Under the pieces are notes generated by a model that did no database searches, had not been told where the DNA came from, and saw only the letters and a list, made by a program, of their open reading frames with translations. Positions 47,751 through 56,714 of a stretch of DNA of 64,000 nucleotides are shown piece by piece. The position numbers and the translations under genes are program-made. The stretch is from an uncultured Christensenella sp. (GTDB lineage: Bacteria > Bacillota > Clostridia > Christensenellales > UBA1242), in NCBI GenBank assembly GCA_964387705.1, contig CAYLWT010000003.1, positions 2,693-66,692 on the forward strand. Reading direction: 5' to 3'. Every line of letters starts with the position of its first letter. Position 1 is the first letter of the stretch.

Positions 47751-48756
47751 TTTCCACCTCCAATCCTTCAACTTGCTCTTTTATTTTTTCGCAAAGTTTT
47801 TGCTCTGCCAAAGTTTTTACCTGAAAAATTGCCTTTTCAAAAGCCAACGCATCACTTGCTCCATGACCTTTCACGACAAGTTTCTTAACCCCCAGCAACA
47901 CTGCGCCACCATAAGCATTGGTGTTGAATCGAGATTTAAGTTGCTTGAGAGAGCCTTTCATAAACAAAGCTCCAACTTTTGCCCAAAAAGACTTCTTTAT
48001 TACTTGTTTAACTTCGCCCATCGCAAATCCCACTGCCCCCTCAGACGCCTTGAGCAAAATATTTCCATAAAAACCATCGGTCACAACAATATCATATTTC
48101 CCGCTTAAGAAATCCCTCGCTTCCATGTTCCCAACAAAATTAATTGGCATTTGCTTTAAAAGTTTAAAACATTCGTGACAAAATTCATTTCCCTTTTTGT
48201 CCTCTGTGCCAATGTTCAAAAGAGCAACCCTTGGATTCTCCACCCCAAGATATGCCTTTGAATAACTTGATGCCATAATAGCAAAGTGACAAATATTTAT
48301 TGGCTTGCAATCCACATTTGCACCTGAATCCACAAGCAAGACCTTTCCTCCATTTTTAGTTGGAATTATTGGACAAAGCGCTGGACGAGAGATCCCTTTT
48401 ATTCTTCCAATTTTAAGGAAAGCCCCCGTAAGGACAGCCCCCGTTGAACCACAAGACACAATTCCCACAATTTCATCATTGTGCCTCAATTCATCAAATG
48501 CCCTAACCAAACTAGAATTTGTTTTCGTTTTCACTGCTTCTGTTGGCGATTCATTGTTTGAAATAACTTCATCTGCAGGTAAAATCTCAATCCTTCCCTT
48601 ATCGCAGGTCTGACTTGCAAGAATACTTTCAAGCTCTTCTTTTTTGCCCGCCAAAACAATGCTTAAGTTCTCATCTTTGTTTACTGCATTACAAGCCCCC
48701 TCAACAGCAACTTTTGCCCCCAAATCATTTCCATAACAATCAACAATAATTTTCAT
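47740..48756 (-). CDS. plsX: phosphate acyltransferase PlsX
   Basis: MKIIVDCYGNDLG...; SCGSTGA and VKGHGAS blocks. GGAGA RBS before ATG 48756. Confidence 0.93.
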   Translation of the reverse strand: MKIIVDCYGNDLGAKVAVEGACNAVNKDENLSIVLAGKKEELESILASQTCDKGRIEILPADEVISNNESPTEAVKTKTNSSLVRAFDELRHNDEIVGIVSCGSTGAVLTGAFLKIGRIKGISRPALCPIIPTKNGGKVLLVDSGANVDCKPINICHFAIMASSYSKAYLGVENPRVALLNIGTEDKKGNEFCHECFKLLKQMPINFVGNMEARDFLSGKYDIVVTDGFYGNILLKASEGAVGFAMGEVKQVIKKSFWAKVGALFMKGSLKQLKSRFNTNAYGGAVLLGVKKLVVKGHGASDALAFEKAIFQVKTLAEQKLCEKIKEQVEGLEVEIDN

Positions 48757-48805
48757 ACATTTCTCCATTTTTACATAACATTATAGCAATTTTTTTTTCA
48801 AAAAC

Positions 48806-48847
48806 AAACAAAAATGGCAACATAATTCGTGTTTATGTTGCCATTTT
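48806..48847 (-). terminator. strong intrinsic terminator after the aspartate kinase gene
   Basis: 15-bp perfect stem AAAATGGCAACATAA/TTATGTTGCCATTTT with a 7-nt loop, followed on the minus strand by a U-rich tract. Confidence 0.75.
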
Positions 48848-48875
48848 CTACCTTTTTAAAACAAATTTTTAACAT

Positions 48876-50180
48876 TTAGTCACTACAGAACAAGTTTCTA
48901 TGCAAAGTCTTAAGCACACGTTCAAAATCTTTTTGTGGGAATCCAAATATAATTGAAAGGCCCCGAGCGCTTTTGTTCAGCATATAAATTTTAGTGCCAA
49001 GAGAATAAATCTCATCAAAAACATTTTTCTCCATTTTTCTATCAAACGTTGCTCCAACAACACTAACCAAAGCAATCCCTTTTACAACTCTCACACTGTC
49101 GAAAACTAGAATATTGGATAGTTCCCTCACAATTTTTTCCAAAATCTCGTCGTTCATTCCGGTTTCCATTGCAACAACAGAAATGTTGTCAATGCCAGTT
49201 GGGATATGCTCAATATGCACTCCATACTTTGCAAAAACATTCGACACACTAGCAAGACTGCTTAAAGACGAGTTTATATTAAATTTCTCAAATGAAATAA
49301 TGCAAAAGCCCTTTTGTCCTGCAATTCCCGTAAGTTTTTTTTGCTTGCATTTTGGCATAATAAAACTTCCTTTGCAGGCGGGGTTGAAAGTGTTTCTCAA
49401 ATTTAAAATGATATTATTTTCTCTCAAAAATTTTGTGCAATCAGGATGCAAAACATTTGCCCCAGAATAACTTAATTCTCTAAGTTCCGCATAACTTATT
49501 TTGCCAATTAGTTTTGGATTTTTTGAAAATCTTGGGTCACACTCTAAAAAGCCATCAACATCGGTCCAATTTTCATAAACCCTCGCCCCACACAAAACAG
49601 CCACAACGGCTCCCGTTATATCTGACCCTCCACGAGAAAAAATTTTTACAATTCCATTTGAGTCCGCTCCATAAAAACCAGGAATGACATACTTATCTTT
49701 TTTGTTTGTGCGAGAAATAAATTTTACTCTTGATGTTTCAAGGTCAACTTTTCCCTCTTCCGAAAAAGTTATAAAATCTTTTGCATCCAAAAAGTTATAT
49801 CCCAGATATTTGCTCACAATTTTTGCCGAAAAGTATTCCCCACGACTTGCAACAAAGTCTGTCGTCGTCCCAAATTTTATTTCTTTATAAAACTCATCTA
49901 GCAAAATTTTTATATCAATTTTTGTTCCCAACGTCTCATCAAGATCAATAAATCTTTTTGATAAAAGTTCAAATTCTTCATCAAAATTTTCACCATTTTT
50001 TGCTTTTTTTTGACATGAGATTAACATGTCTGTTATTTTTATATCATCTTTATTCCTTTTGCCAGGAGCAGAAACGACGACAAATCTTGACCCATTATTG
50101 CTCACAATTTTTGCCACCTGCATAATTTTTTTTGCATCGGCAAGTGACGATCCCCCAAATTTACAAACTAATTCTTTCAT
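48876..50180 (-). CDS. lysC: aspartate kinase
   Basis: 434 aa, KFGGSSLAD N-terminal motif, C-terminal ACT-like region. Last gene of the asd-dapA-dapB cluster. Confidence 0.88.
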   Translation of the reverse strand: MKELVCKFGGSSLADAKKIMQVAKIVSNNGSRFVVVSAPGKRNKDDIKITDMLISCQKKAKNGENFDEEFELLSKRFIDLDETLGTKIDIKILLDEFYKEIKFGTTTDFVASRGEYFSAKIVSKYLGYNFLDAKDFITFSEEGKVDLETSRVKFISRTNKKDKYVIPGFYGADSNGIVKIFSRGGSDITGAVVAVLCGARVYENWTDVDGFLECDPRFSKNPKLIGKISYAELRELSYSGANVLHPDCTKFLRENNIILNLRNTFNPACKGSFIMPKCKQKKLTGIAGQKGFCIISFEKFNINSSLSSLASVSNVFAKYGVHIEHIPTGIDNISVVAMETGMNDEILEKIVRELSNILVFDSVRVVKGIALVSVVGATFDRKMEKNVFDEIYSLGTKIYMLNKSARGLSIIFGFPQKDFERVLKTLHRNLFCSD

Positions 50181-50226
50181 TTCCCTACCTACACATCATT
50201 GTATTAAAATGTGTTAAAAAAGGTTT

Positions 50227-50979
50227 TTACTTATACATATCCTCCATATCATAAAGTCCATGTTTCTTGCCGAATACAAAAATTGTTGCTTTCACAGCAC
50301 CTTCTGCAAAAACACTTTTTGAAAAGGCAATGTGCGAAATTTCCACACTTTGAGAACCATTAGCAAACAAAACCCTGTGTGTGCCACAAAAACCTCCCGC
50401 CCTAATGCTATGCACCCCAATTTCATTTGATTGTCGCACTCCAAATGCATGTCTACCAAGATTTGCTGTTAAGTGTGGTCTATATCTTTTTATTTTATCA
50501 AGAAGCATGATCGCCGTGCCACTGGGGAGGTCAACCTTTGACGAGTGGTGAGTCTCCAAAATTTCAACATCCCACCCCTCCAAAATTTTTGTTGCGAACT
50601 CCACAAGTTTTCCCATCGCAAAAACGCCCTCACTCATATTGCTTGACAAAAAAACAGGGACAACTTTTGACAAATCCTCAATCAATTTTTTTTCGACAAG
50701 CCCAAATCCTGTTGTGCCAACAACCAATGCCGTTCCAGTTCTTTTACAAAACTCAACAACCTGTTTCAATGCCTTTGGATGAGAAAAATCTATTACCACA
50801 TCACATTTGATATTATCAAAATTTGTAGCAAGTTTTATGCCTTCAAAATTACATGGAAAAGTTTCCAGTCTTTCACTTGTATCTACTCCATAACAAACTT
50901 CAACTCCATCAAATTTTTTGCTCGCAAGCAAAATCTCTTGTCCCATTCGCCCACAAAAACCATTTATGCAAACTTTCAT
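50227..50979 (-). CDS. dapB: 4-hydroxy-tetrahydrodipicolinate reductase
   Basis: MKVCINGFCGRMGQ (NAD(P) fold), ETHHSSKVDLPSGTA block. GGGGGAGAAG RBS before ATG 50979. Confidence 0.9.
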   Translation of the reverse strand: MKVCINGFCGRMGQEILLASKKFDGVEVCYGVDTSERLETFPCNFEGIKLATNFDNIKCDVVIDFSHPKALKQVVEFCKRTGTALVVGTTGFGLVEKKLIEDLSKVVPVFLSSNMSEGVFAMGKLVEFATKILEGWDVEILETHHSSKVDLPSGTAIMLLDKIKRYRPHLTANLGRHAFGVRQSNEIGVHSIRAGGFCGTHRVLFANGSQSVEISHIAFSKSVFAEGAVKATIFVFGKKHGLYDMEDMYK

Positions 50980-51094
50980 CTTCTCCCCCAAAATTTTGTA
51001 ATTTATTATTTCTCATCACCAAAAAATTATTTCCATTTTGACCTTTAAACTCTACACATTTCTAAATATAATGGCATCTTTAGCCACATATTCA

Positions 51095-51970
51095 TCACAA
51101 AAATTTTTCAAGTGCAGAAAAAACAATTTCCTCGTTTTTCTTTTCAAGTGGAGTAAGCGGCAATCGGAGTTCGTTCTTGCACAATCCCATTTTGCTTAAT
51201 GCAAATTTCACAGGGATTGGATTAACCTCAACAAACAATTTTTTGTTAATATCACATAATTCATTATGCACACAAAGAGCCTTCGCAATTTTCCCTCTTT
51301 TCGCAAACATTACAAGTTCCTTCACTTGTTTTGGCAAAATGTTTGCTGTCACACTTATAACGCCCTCTGCCCCAAGCATCATGAAAAGTAAATTCAACCC
51401 GTCATCACCTGAATACACTGCCATTTTATCATTTAATTTGTGACACAACTCAACGATTTGAGAAATGTTTCCACTTGCTTCTTTTATGCCACAAATATTT
51501 TTGATTTCCGCCAATTTTTCCGCCGTTTCAGGCAAAATATTCACCCCCGTTCTACTAGGAACATTATAAACAATTATTGGAATGTCAACACTATCTGAAA
51601 TCGCTTTATAATGTTCAAAGAGCCCTTTTTGAGTACATTTGTTGTAATATGGTGTAACCACAAGAACCCCATCTGCGCCACATTTTTGTGCCAATTGGCT
51701 ATTTTTGATGGCAACCTGTGTGTCATTTGCACCCGTTCCTACAATAAATTTTGCCCGGCCCGAAATTGTTTGCTTTGAAAACTTTATAACTTCACTTTTT
51801 TCTTCCTGTGACATTGTTGACGCCTCTCCTGTCGTCCCAAGAACTATTATTGCATCAGTCCCATTTGCCACCTGGAAATCAATCATCTTCCCAAGTGCCT
51901 CAAAATCAACTTTTCCTTCACTGAATGGCGTTACGATTGCAACACCACTCCCTTCAAAAACTTTTTTCAT
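51095..51970 (-). CDS. dapA: 4-hydroxy-tetrahydrodipicolinate synthase
   Basis: GSGVAIVTPF, GTTGE, IKEASGN (Schiff-base Lys context). GGAGGAAATT RBS before ATG 51970. Confidence 0.93.
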   Translation of the reverse strand: MKKVFEGSGVAIVTPFSEGKVDFEALGKMIDFQVANGTDAIIVLGTTGEASTMSQEEKSEVIKFSKQTISGRAKFIVGTGANDTQVAIKNSQLAQKCGADGVLVVTPYYNKCTQKGLFEHYKAISDSVDIPIIVYNVPSRTGVNILPETAEKLAEIKNICGIKEASGNISQIVELCHKLNDKMAVYSGDDGLNLLFMMLGAEGVISVTANILPKQVKELVMFAKRGKIAKALCVHNELCDINKKLFVEVNPIPVKFALSKMGLCKNELRLPLTPLEKKNEEIVFSALEKFL

Positions 51971-52008
51971 AATTTCCTCCAAATTCTACTTCAATTTTTA
52001 ATTAATTT

Positions 52009-53001
52009 TTACTTTTTTTTACCTTTTATAAGCTCTTGCAAAATTTGTACAGCATTTGTTGCAGCGCCTTTCCTTATGTTATCCGCAACAACCCACATAT
52101 TTATTGCATTATCACAAGATTCGTCTTTTCTAATTCTTCCCACAAAAACTTCATCAACTTCTTTGCAAAATATAGGCATTGGATAAATGTTGTTTTTTAT
52201 ATCGTCCATAACAACAACATTTTCAAAATTATTTAGGCACCTTTTGATTTCCTCCAAAGTAAAAGGCTTTTTAAGTTCAACATTCACACTTTCGCTGTGG
52301 CAATCAAAAACAGGGACTCTCACACATGTCGCGGTCACTTTTAAATCTTTTTTGTGTAGAATTTTTCTTGTTTCCAAAATCATTTTCATTTCCTCTTTTG
52401 TGTAGCCATTAGATTCAAAGGTATCAATGTGTGGGATAACATTTGAAAATATTGGGTAAATAAATTTTTCTGTTTTTTTGCCATTTATCCCACGTTTTAA
52501 ATCACTTATTCCACGCTGTCCAGCACCAGAAACTGATTGATAAGTTGAAAATACAACTCTTTTCAATCCAAATTTTGCGTCAAGTGCCTTAAGCGGAAGC
52601 ATGGCTTGAATGGTAGAACAATTCGGATTAGCAATTATACCATGATGAGTGAATATATCTTTTTTGTTTACTTCTGAAACTACAAGTGGAACATCTTTAT
52701 CCATTCGCCATGCACTTGAATTGTCAACAACAACTGCCCCCGCCTCAACAAATTTTGGGACAAACTTTTTGGATAGTTCCCCTCCGCAAGAAAATAAGGC
52801 ATAATCAATTTTTTTGCCTTCGACGTTTTCTTCGCAAAGTTCCATGACTTCAACTTCTTCGCCGAACATTTTTATTTTTTTACCAACACTTTTTTTACTT
52901 GCATAAAGAAAAAATTTCTCCGCACGAATGTTCCTCTCATGCAAAATTTCAACAAATTTGCCACCAACCTTGCCGGTGACACCAACTATTGCAATATTCA
53001 T
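52009..53001 (-). CDS. asd: aspartate-semialdehyde dehydrogenase
   Basis: MNIAIVGVTGKVG, IANPNCSTIQ (active-site Cys). RBS GGGAGA before ATG 53001. Confidence 0.93.
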   Translation of the reverse strand: MNIAIVGVTGKVGGKFVEILHERNIRAEKFFLYASKKSVGKKIKMFGEEVEVMELCEENVEGKKIDYALFSCGGELSKKFVPKFVEAGAVVVDNSSAWRMDKDVPLVVSEVNKKDIFTHHGIIANPNCSTIQAMLPLKALDAKFGLKRVVFSTYQSVSGAGQRGISDLKRGINGKKTEKFIYPIFSNVIPHIDTFESNGYTKEEMKMILETRKILHKKDLKVTATCVRVPVFDCHSESVNVELKKPFTLEEIKRCLNNFENVVVMDDIKNNIYPMPIFCKEVDEVFVGRIRKDESCDNAINMWVVADNIRKGAATNAVQILQELIKGKKK

Positions 53002-53110
53002 AAAATCTCCCTGGGGCAATTTTCACCCCTTAAAACTTTATATTCCAAGCAAATTTTTATTGTTAAAAAAACTTACCACAAATTGCTGTGATAAGTTCTT
53101 ATTTTACGAC

Positions 53111-53136
53111 AAAAAAACACCGACAAAATATCGGTG
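53111..53136 (-). terminator. intrinsic terminator after rpsT
   Basis: Minus strand CACCGA-uauuuug-UCGGUG followed by UUUUUUU. Confidence 0.75.
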
Positions 53137-53158
53137 CTTTCAAAAAACATTAATTATT

Positions 53159-53497
53159 TTACTTTTCAACTTTTTTTGCTCTTGTCTTCTTAGGTTTTTC
53201 TTCAGTTTCTATTGGTTGTTCCTTAACTTCAGATGTCTCTTTTGCTTTGTTAAGGAGCAAGTTAAGGCGAGCAATCTTCCTGCTAGCTGTGTTTGCATGG
53301 ATAACACCCTTGCTCTTTGCAGAGTCAATATAAGATGTTATGTCAACAAGCATAGCTTCTGCCTTTTTGACATCTTGACCAACAACAACTCTAAAATTTT
53401 TAATCATTGTTGCCATTGTTGACTTGACATATCTGTTCTCTTCCTTTTTTCTATCGGAAACTAAAACCCTTTTCTTTGCTGATTTAATATTTGGCAT
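53159..53497 (-). CDS. rpsT: 30S ribosomal protein S20
   Basis: MPNIKSAKKRVLVSDRKKEENR. AAGGAG RBS before ATG 53497. The ORF-track extension is unsupported. Confidence 0.93.
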   Translation of the reverse strand: MPNIKSAKKRVLVSDRKKEENRYVKSTMATMIKNFRVVVGQDVKKAEAMLVDITSYIDSAKSKGVIHANTASRKIARLNLLLNKAKETSEVKEQPIETEEKPKKTRAKKVEK

Positions 53498-53640
53498 TGC
53501 TAACTCCTTTTTTATACTTGACAAGTTTAGCATATTGGAATCCAATTTGCAACACTTTTTTCAATCTTTTTTAACAAAATTTTTACAAATTCTGCTCAAT
53601 TTTGACTTTTTGCATAAAACTTTGCACCAAAAAAGTGATT

Positions 53641-54615
53641 TTAACCATTCAAAATGCTAGCAACAAGAAATCCCACTGCGTTTTTTGCTTCCATTTCGCC
53701 ACTTTTTGTTGCATACTCCGTTTCCGCGCACAAATCAAAGGCTCTTTTGAGTTCTACTTGTGTAAAATTTTTTAATTGTGCTTTATATTTTGAAATTGCG
53801 AATTCCTTTATCCCAAGATATTTTGATAGTTCCGCAGTTCCACAACCGCTCCTTGCAATGAAAAACAATCTTCTGAAATGCGTTTGCATAGTAGAAATTA
53901 TTTTTGAAGGTTGTTCCTTATTTTTAAGCATTGCATCAACCAATGCAAAAGCTTTGTCACCATTTCTTTCGCTTATGGCATTTGTAAGGTCAAAAATTAC
54001 ATATTCAAGGTCTTTTGTAACAAATTTTTCCACATCCGTTTCAGAAAGAGTTGCTCCATCTCCGATTATTGTGCCTATTTTGTCAATTTCTGTATCAAGC
54101 CTTGTAACACTATTGTTACAATAGTCAATAAGCTTTGAAATGGTCAACCTATCTGCAACAATTTTCTTTTGTTTCAACTTTTTTTCAACAAAACTATTCA
54201 AAAATATTGGACTAGGTTTTTCACAGTCGATATTTTCCACTTTCCCTTCAAGGCTTGAAAAAAATTCACTTTTTGTTGTGGAGAAAAACACAAGGCAAGT
54301 CGTTGGGTTCGGTTTTTCAAAATATTTGAGAAAAATCTTCCGTTCGCTTTCGTTTTTCTTGCCCAAATAATCATGCACAACAACAAGCCTTTTTGCATCA
54401 CAAAACGGCAATGCTTGGCAACTTTCAACAATTGCCCCTGCCCCCCTTGCAAAATCATCCATAAAAACATTTTTGTTAAAATCTGGCAAAGTAATGTTCA
54501 ATGCTCTTTCAATCTTTGACAAAGCGCCAACAGTAAGCAAACTTTCGCCACCATTTATAATATACACACACTGAACACCCATCTTTAGTTTGTTTTCTAA
54601 ATCTTCGTATCTCAT
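53641..54615 (-). CDS. holA: DNA polymerase III delta subunit
   Basis: 324 aa. Conserved position after comEC. Helical clamp-loader delta-like sequence; assignment partly by synteny. Confidence 0.8.
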   Translation of the reverse strand: MRYEDLENKLKMGVQCVYIINGGESLLTVGALSKIERALNITLPDFNKNVFMDDFARGAGAIVESCQALPFCDAKRLVVVHDYLGKKNESERKIFLKYFEKPNPTTCLVFFSTTKSEFFSSLEGKVENIDCEKPSPIFLNSFVEKKLKQKKIVADRLTISKLIDYCNNSVTRLDTEIDKIGTIIGDGATLSETDVEKFVTKDLEYVIFDLTNAISERNGDKAFALVDAMLKNKEQPSKIISTMQTHFRRLFFIARSGCGTAELSKYLGIKEFAISKYKAQLKNFTQVELKRAFDLCAETEYATKSGEMEAKNAVGFLVASILNG

Positions 54616-54658
54616 AATATCACCTCAATTATACACTAACTCAATAAAAAAGCAACTT

Positions 54659-56263
54659 TTATCCGCATTTTTGTGCCAATATGGTTTTTAACGGCAAATT
54701 TTGTGGACTTATGTTCACATCTCCACCAAAAAGATTTAAATTTCCCATAATAAGTGCGCAAGTTATGCACAAAACAAGAATTATTACAATAATTGCCCTA
54801 GTTCGTCCGCTGACAACAAAATACTTGCTCCCACACCACAAAAACAGCATATACAAAACGATTGAAAGAGTGTTTACATTGCTATATTCAATATATCCGC
54901 CTGGAAGTGAAATAATTAGGTCATTAAAATACACAAATAGGTCAAATAAAATTCCTGGGACTTTCAAAATCACGCCAAATGACGGAATTATAACAACAAT
55001 TATATTGCACACAAACAAAAGAGTGTAGAATAGAGTGAAAAAAGGAATTAACAGTAAGTTTGCAAGCAATGTCCAAGTTGTACCCCCACCAAAATAGTAA
55101 AACATTAGTGGAAGAACGCCCATTTGAGCTGAAACGGATAATTTTATGGCATTCCAAAATTCTTGCATAAAATCACTTTTAAATTTGACAAAAGATAGTA
55201 TTTTTGACAAAGAAATTACACCAAAAACTGCCAAAAATGATAGTTGAAAACCTATTGTAAAAAACATTGTTGGTGAAATAACAAGCAAAATTATTCCCGC
55301 AAGACTCAATGCATTTAGTGTGTCATATTTTCTTTCAAAGAGTTTTGATAACAAAAAACAAATTGACATTATGCTCGCTCTGACAACAGATGGCGTGAAC
55401 GAACACAAAATACAATAGCCAAGCAAAAAAAACAAAATTAAGAAAAACTGCACTTTACCATTTGTTTTTAATTTTGAAAGAAACCACACCACAACAGCAA
55501 CTAAAAGTCCCACATGCAACCCTGACACTGCGAATAAATGCATAACTCCACTTTGTTTGAAGTTGTCCAATTCAAAAGAAGCAACGGTTGCCCTATCTCC
55601 ATACAAAATTGAGTAACAAATATTCCCATTTTCTTCGCCAAGAGTTTGTATTAAATAATTAAGATTATTTTCTCGAAATTGCTCTATTAAACTTTTATCA
55701 ACTTCAATTTTAATAGGGGTTGAATTGTTTGAAATATACACCTTGTATTTATTGTCATTATAAAAATTGTTTTGCGAATTAGTATTATTTTTCAAAATTT
55801 TCCCAACGAAGGCAATTCTATCAAACCGGTTTGCTTCTAACATTGTGGATTCTTCATCAACATACATGGAGAAGTTCCCTTCAATTTTGCAAGTAGGAGA
55901 ACTTTCATCTTGTTTATACTCTAAATCTCGAAAATAATATATGTAGTCGCCATAACTGTTCATGCTTATTTTGTCCACAGTTGCCACGATAACCACTTGC
56001 CCATCAGGCACGATAAATTCTTCATAATTTTTAATGGTCAAATACGAAAATGCAGACACCCCACACAAAATCACAAATGAAATGCCCAACAAAACAAATT
56101 TTCTTTTAATTCCAACATACAAAAAATATGCAACAGGAAAAATAAGCAACACTAGATAAATTTTGTTGCTATATACCATTGTTGCTCCAAAAATGCACAG
56201 CATAATAAGCAAAAAGAGAAAAAATAATGCTCTAAAATTACAAATTTTTTTTAATTTTATCAT
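54659..56263 (-). CDS. comEC: ComEC/Rec2 DNA internalisation channel protein lacking the C-terminal metallo-beta-lactamase domain
   Basis: ~534 aa polytopic membrane protein, FKQSGVMHLFAVSGLHVG competence-domain block. The start may be ATG 56263 rather than TTG 56272. Confidence 0.85.
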   Translation of the reverse strand: MIKLKKICNFRALFFLFLLIMLCIFGATMVYSNKIYLVLLIFPVAYFLYVGIKRKFVLLGISFVILCGVSAFSYLTIKNYEEFIVPDGQVVIVATVDKISMNSYGDYIYYFRDLEYKQDESSPTCKIEGNFSMYVDEESTMLEANRFDRIAFVGKILKNNTNSQNNFYNDNKYKVYISNNSTPIKIEVDKSLIEQFRENNLNYLIQTLGEENGNICYSILYGDRATVASFELDNFKQSGVMHLFAVSGLHVGLLVAVVVWFLSKLKTNGKVQFFLILFFLLGYCILCSFTPSVVRASIMSICFLLSKLFERKYDTLNALSLAGIILLVISPTMFFTIGFQLSFLAVFGVISLSKILSFVKFKSDFMQEFWNAIKLSVSAQMGVLPLMFYYFGGGTTWTLLANLLLIPFFTLFYTLLFVCNIIVVIIPSFGVILKVPGILFDLFVYFNDLIISLPGGYIEYSNVNTLSIVLYMLFLWCGSKYFVVSGRTRAIIVIILVLCITCALIMGNLNLFGGDVNISPQNLPLKTILAQKCG

Positions 56264-56400
56264 TGCTTTCAAAGTTACATTTTCATTTTACACGACTTAC
56301 ATAAAATAGTCAAAATATTTTTTTTGAAAAAAAATTGACAAATCTATTGCTTTTTCTTTTCAACTTTGCTATTATAATGTTGGTTGAAACGCAACCATAT

Positions 56401-56475
56401 GCCATCATAGTATAATGGTTAGTACACTGGCCTCTCACGCCGGCAATGCGGGTTCGAACCCCGCTGGTGGTACCA
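56401..56475 (+). tRNA. tRNA-Glu (anticodon CUC), CCA encoded
   Basis: Hand-folded: acceptor GCCATCA/TGGTGGT (G1-U72 and U5-G68 wobbles); D arm GTAT-AATGGTTA-GTAC; anticodon arm CTGGC-CTCTCAC-GCCGG; 4-nt variable loop CAAT; T arm GCGGG-TTCGAAC-CCCGC; A73 + CCA. Confidence 0.8.
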
Positions 56476-56534
56476 TATTTCTTTGCGAAATAGAATTAGC
56501 AAGACAGCCTCTTGCAAAAATTGAGGAGGACAAA

Positions 56535-56648
56535 ATGGATTATCAACCAGATTTACCCGGAATTGATTGGAATCAAGTTTGCAATCCCGACCAACCAGAA
56601 TTTGACTTTACATTTGATTCTAATGATGACGATGACAAAGATGAATAA
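56535..56648 (+). CDS. hypothetical 37-aa highly acidic protein
   Basis: MDYQPDLPGIDWNQVCNPDQPEFDFTFDSNDDDDKDE. GAGGAGG 6 nt upstream of the ATG. Own terminator immediately downstream. Confidence 0.45.
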   Translation: MDYQPDLPGIDWNQVCNPDQPEFDFTFDSNDDDDKDE

Positions 56649-56652
56649 AAAC

Positions 56653-56681
56653 AAACAAGGGTTTCCCCTTGTTTATTTTTT
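56653..56681 (+). terminator. intrinsic terminator after the small acidic ORF
   Basis: AAACAAGGG-tttc-CCCTTGTTT followed by ATTTTTT. Confidence 0.75.
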
Positions 56682-56683
56682 GT

Positions 56684-56712
56684 AAAAAAACCTTCTGAAA
56701 AGAAGGTTTTTT
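56684..56712. terminator. bidirectional terminator (serves aspS on the minus strand)
   Basis: AAAAAAA-CCTTCT-gaaa-AGAAGG-TTTTTT. Confidence 0.7.
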
Positions 56713-56714
56713 GC

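Noticed and set aside
52928-53422. 164-aa plus-strand ORF across the asd start, spacer and rpsT
   Set aside because: It is antisense to two confident genes and crosses the rpsT terminator.
56415-56534. N-terminal 40 codons of the 77-aa ORF 56415..56648
   Set aside because: This part is simply the tRNA-Glu gene read as protein. Only the distal 37 codons, which have their own GAGGAGG RBS, are a plausible CDS.
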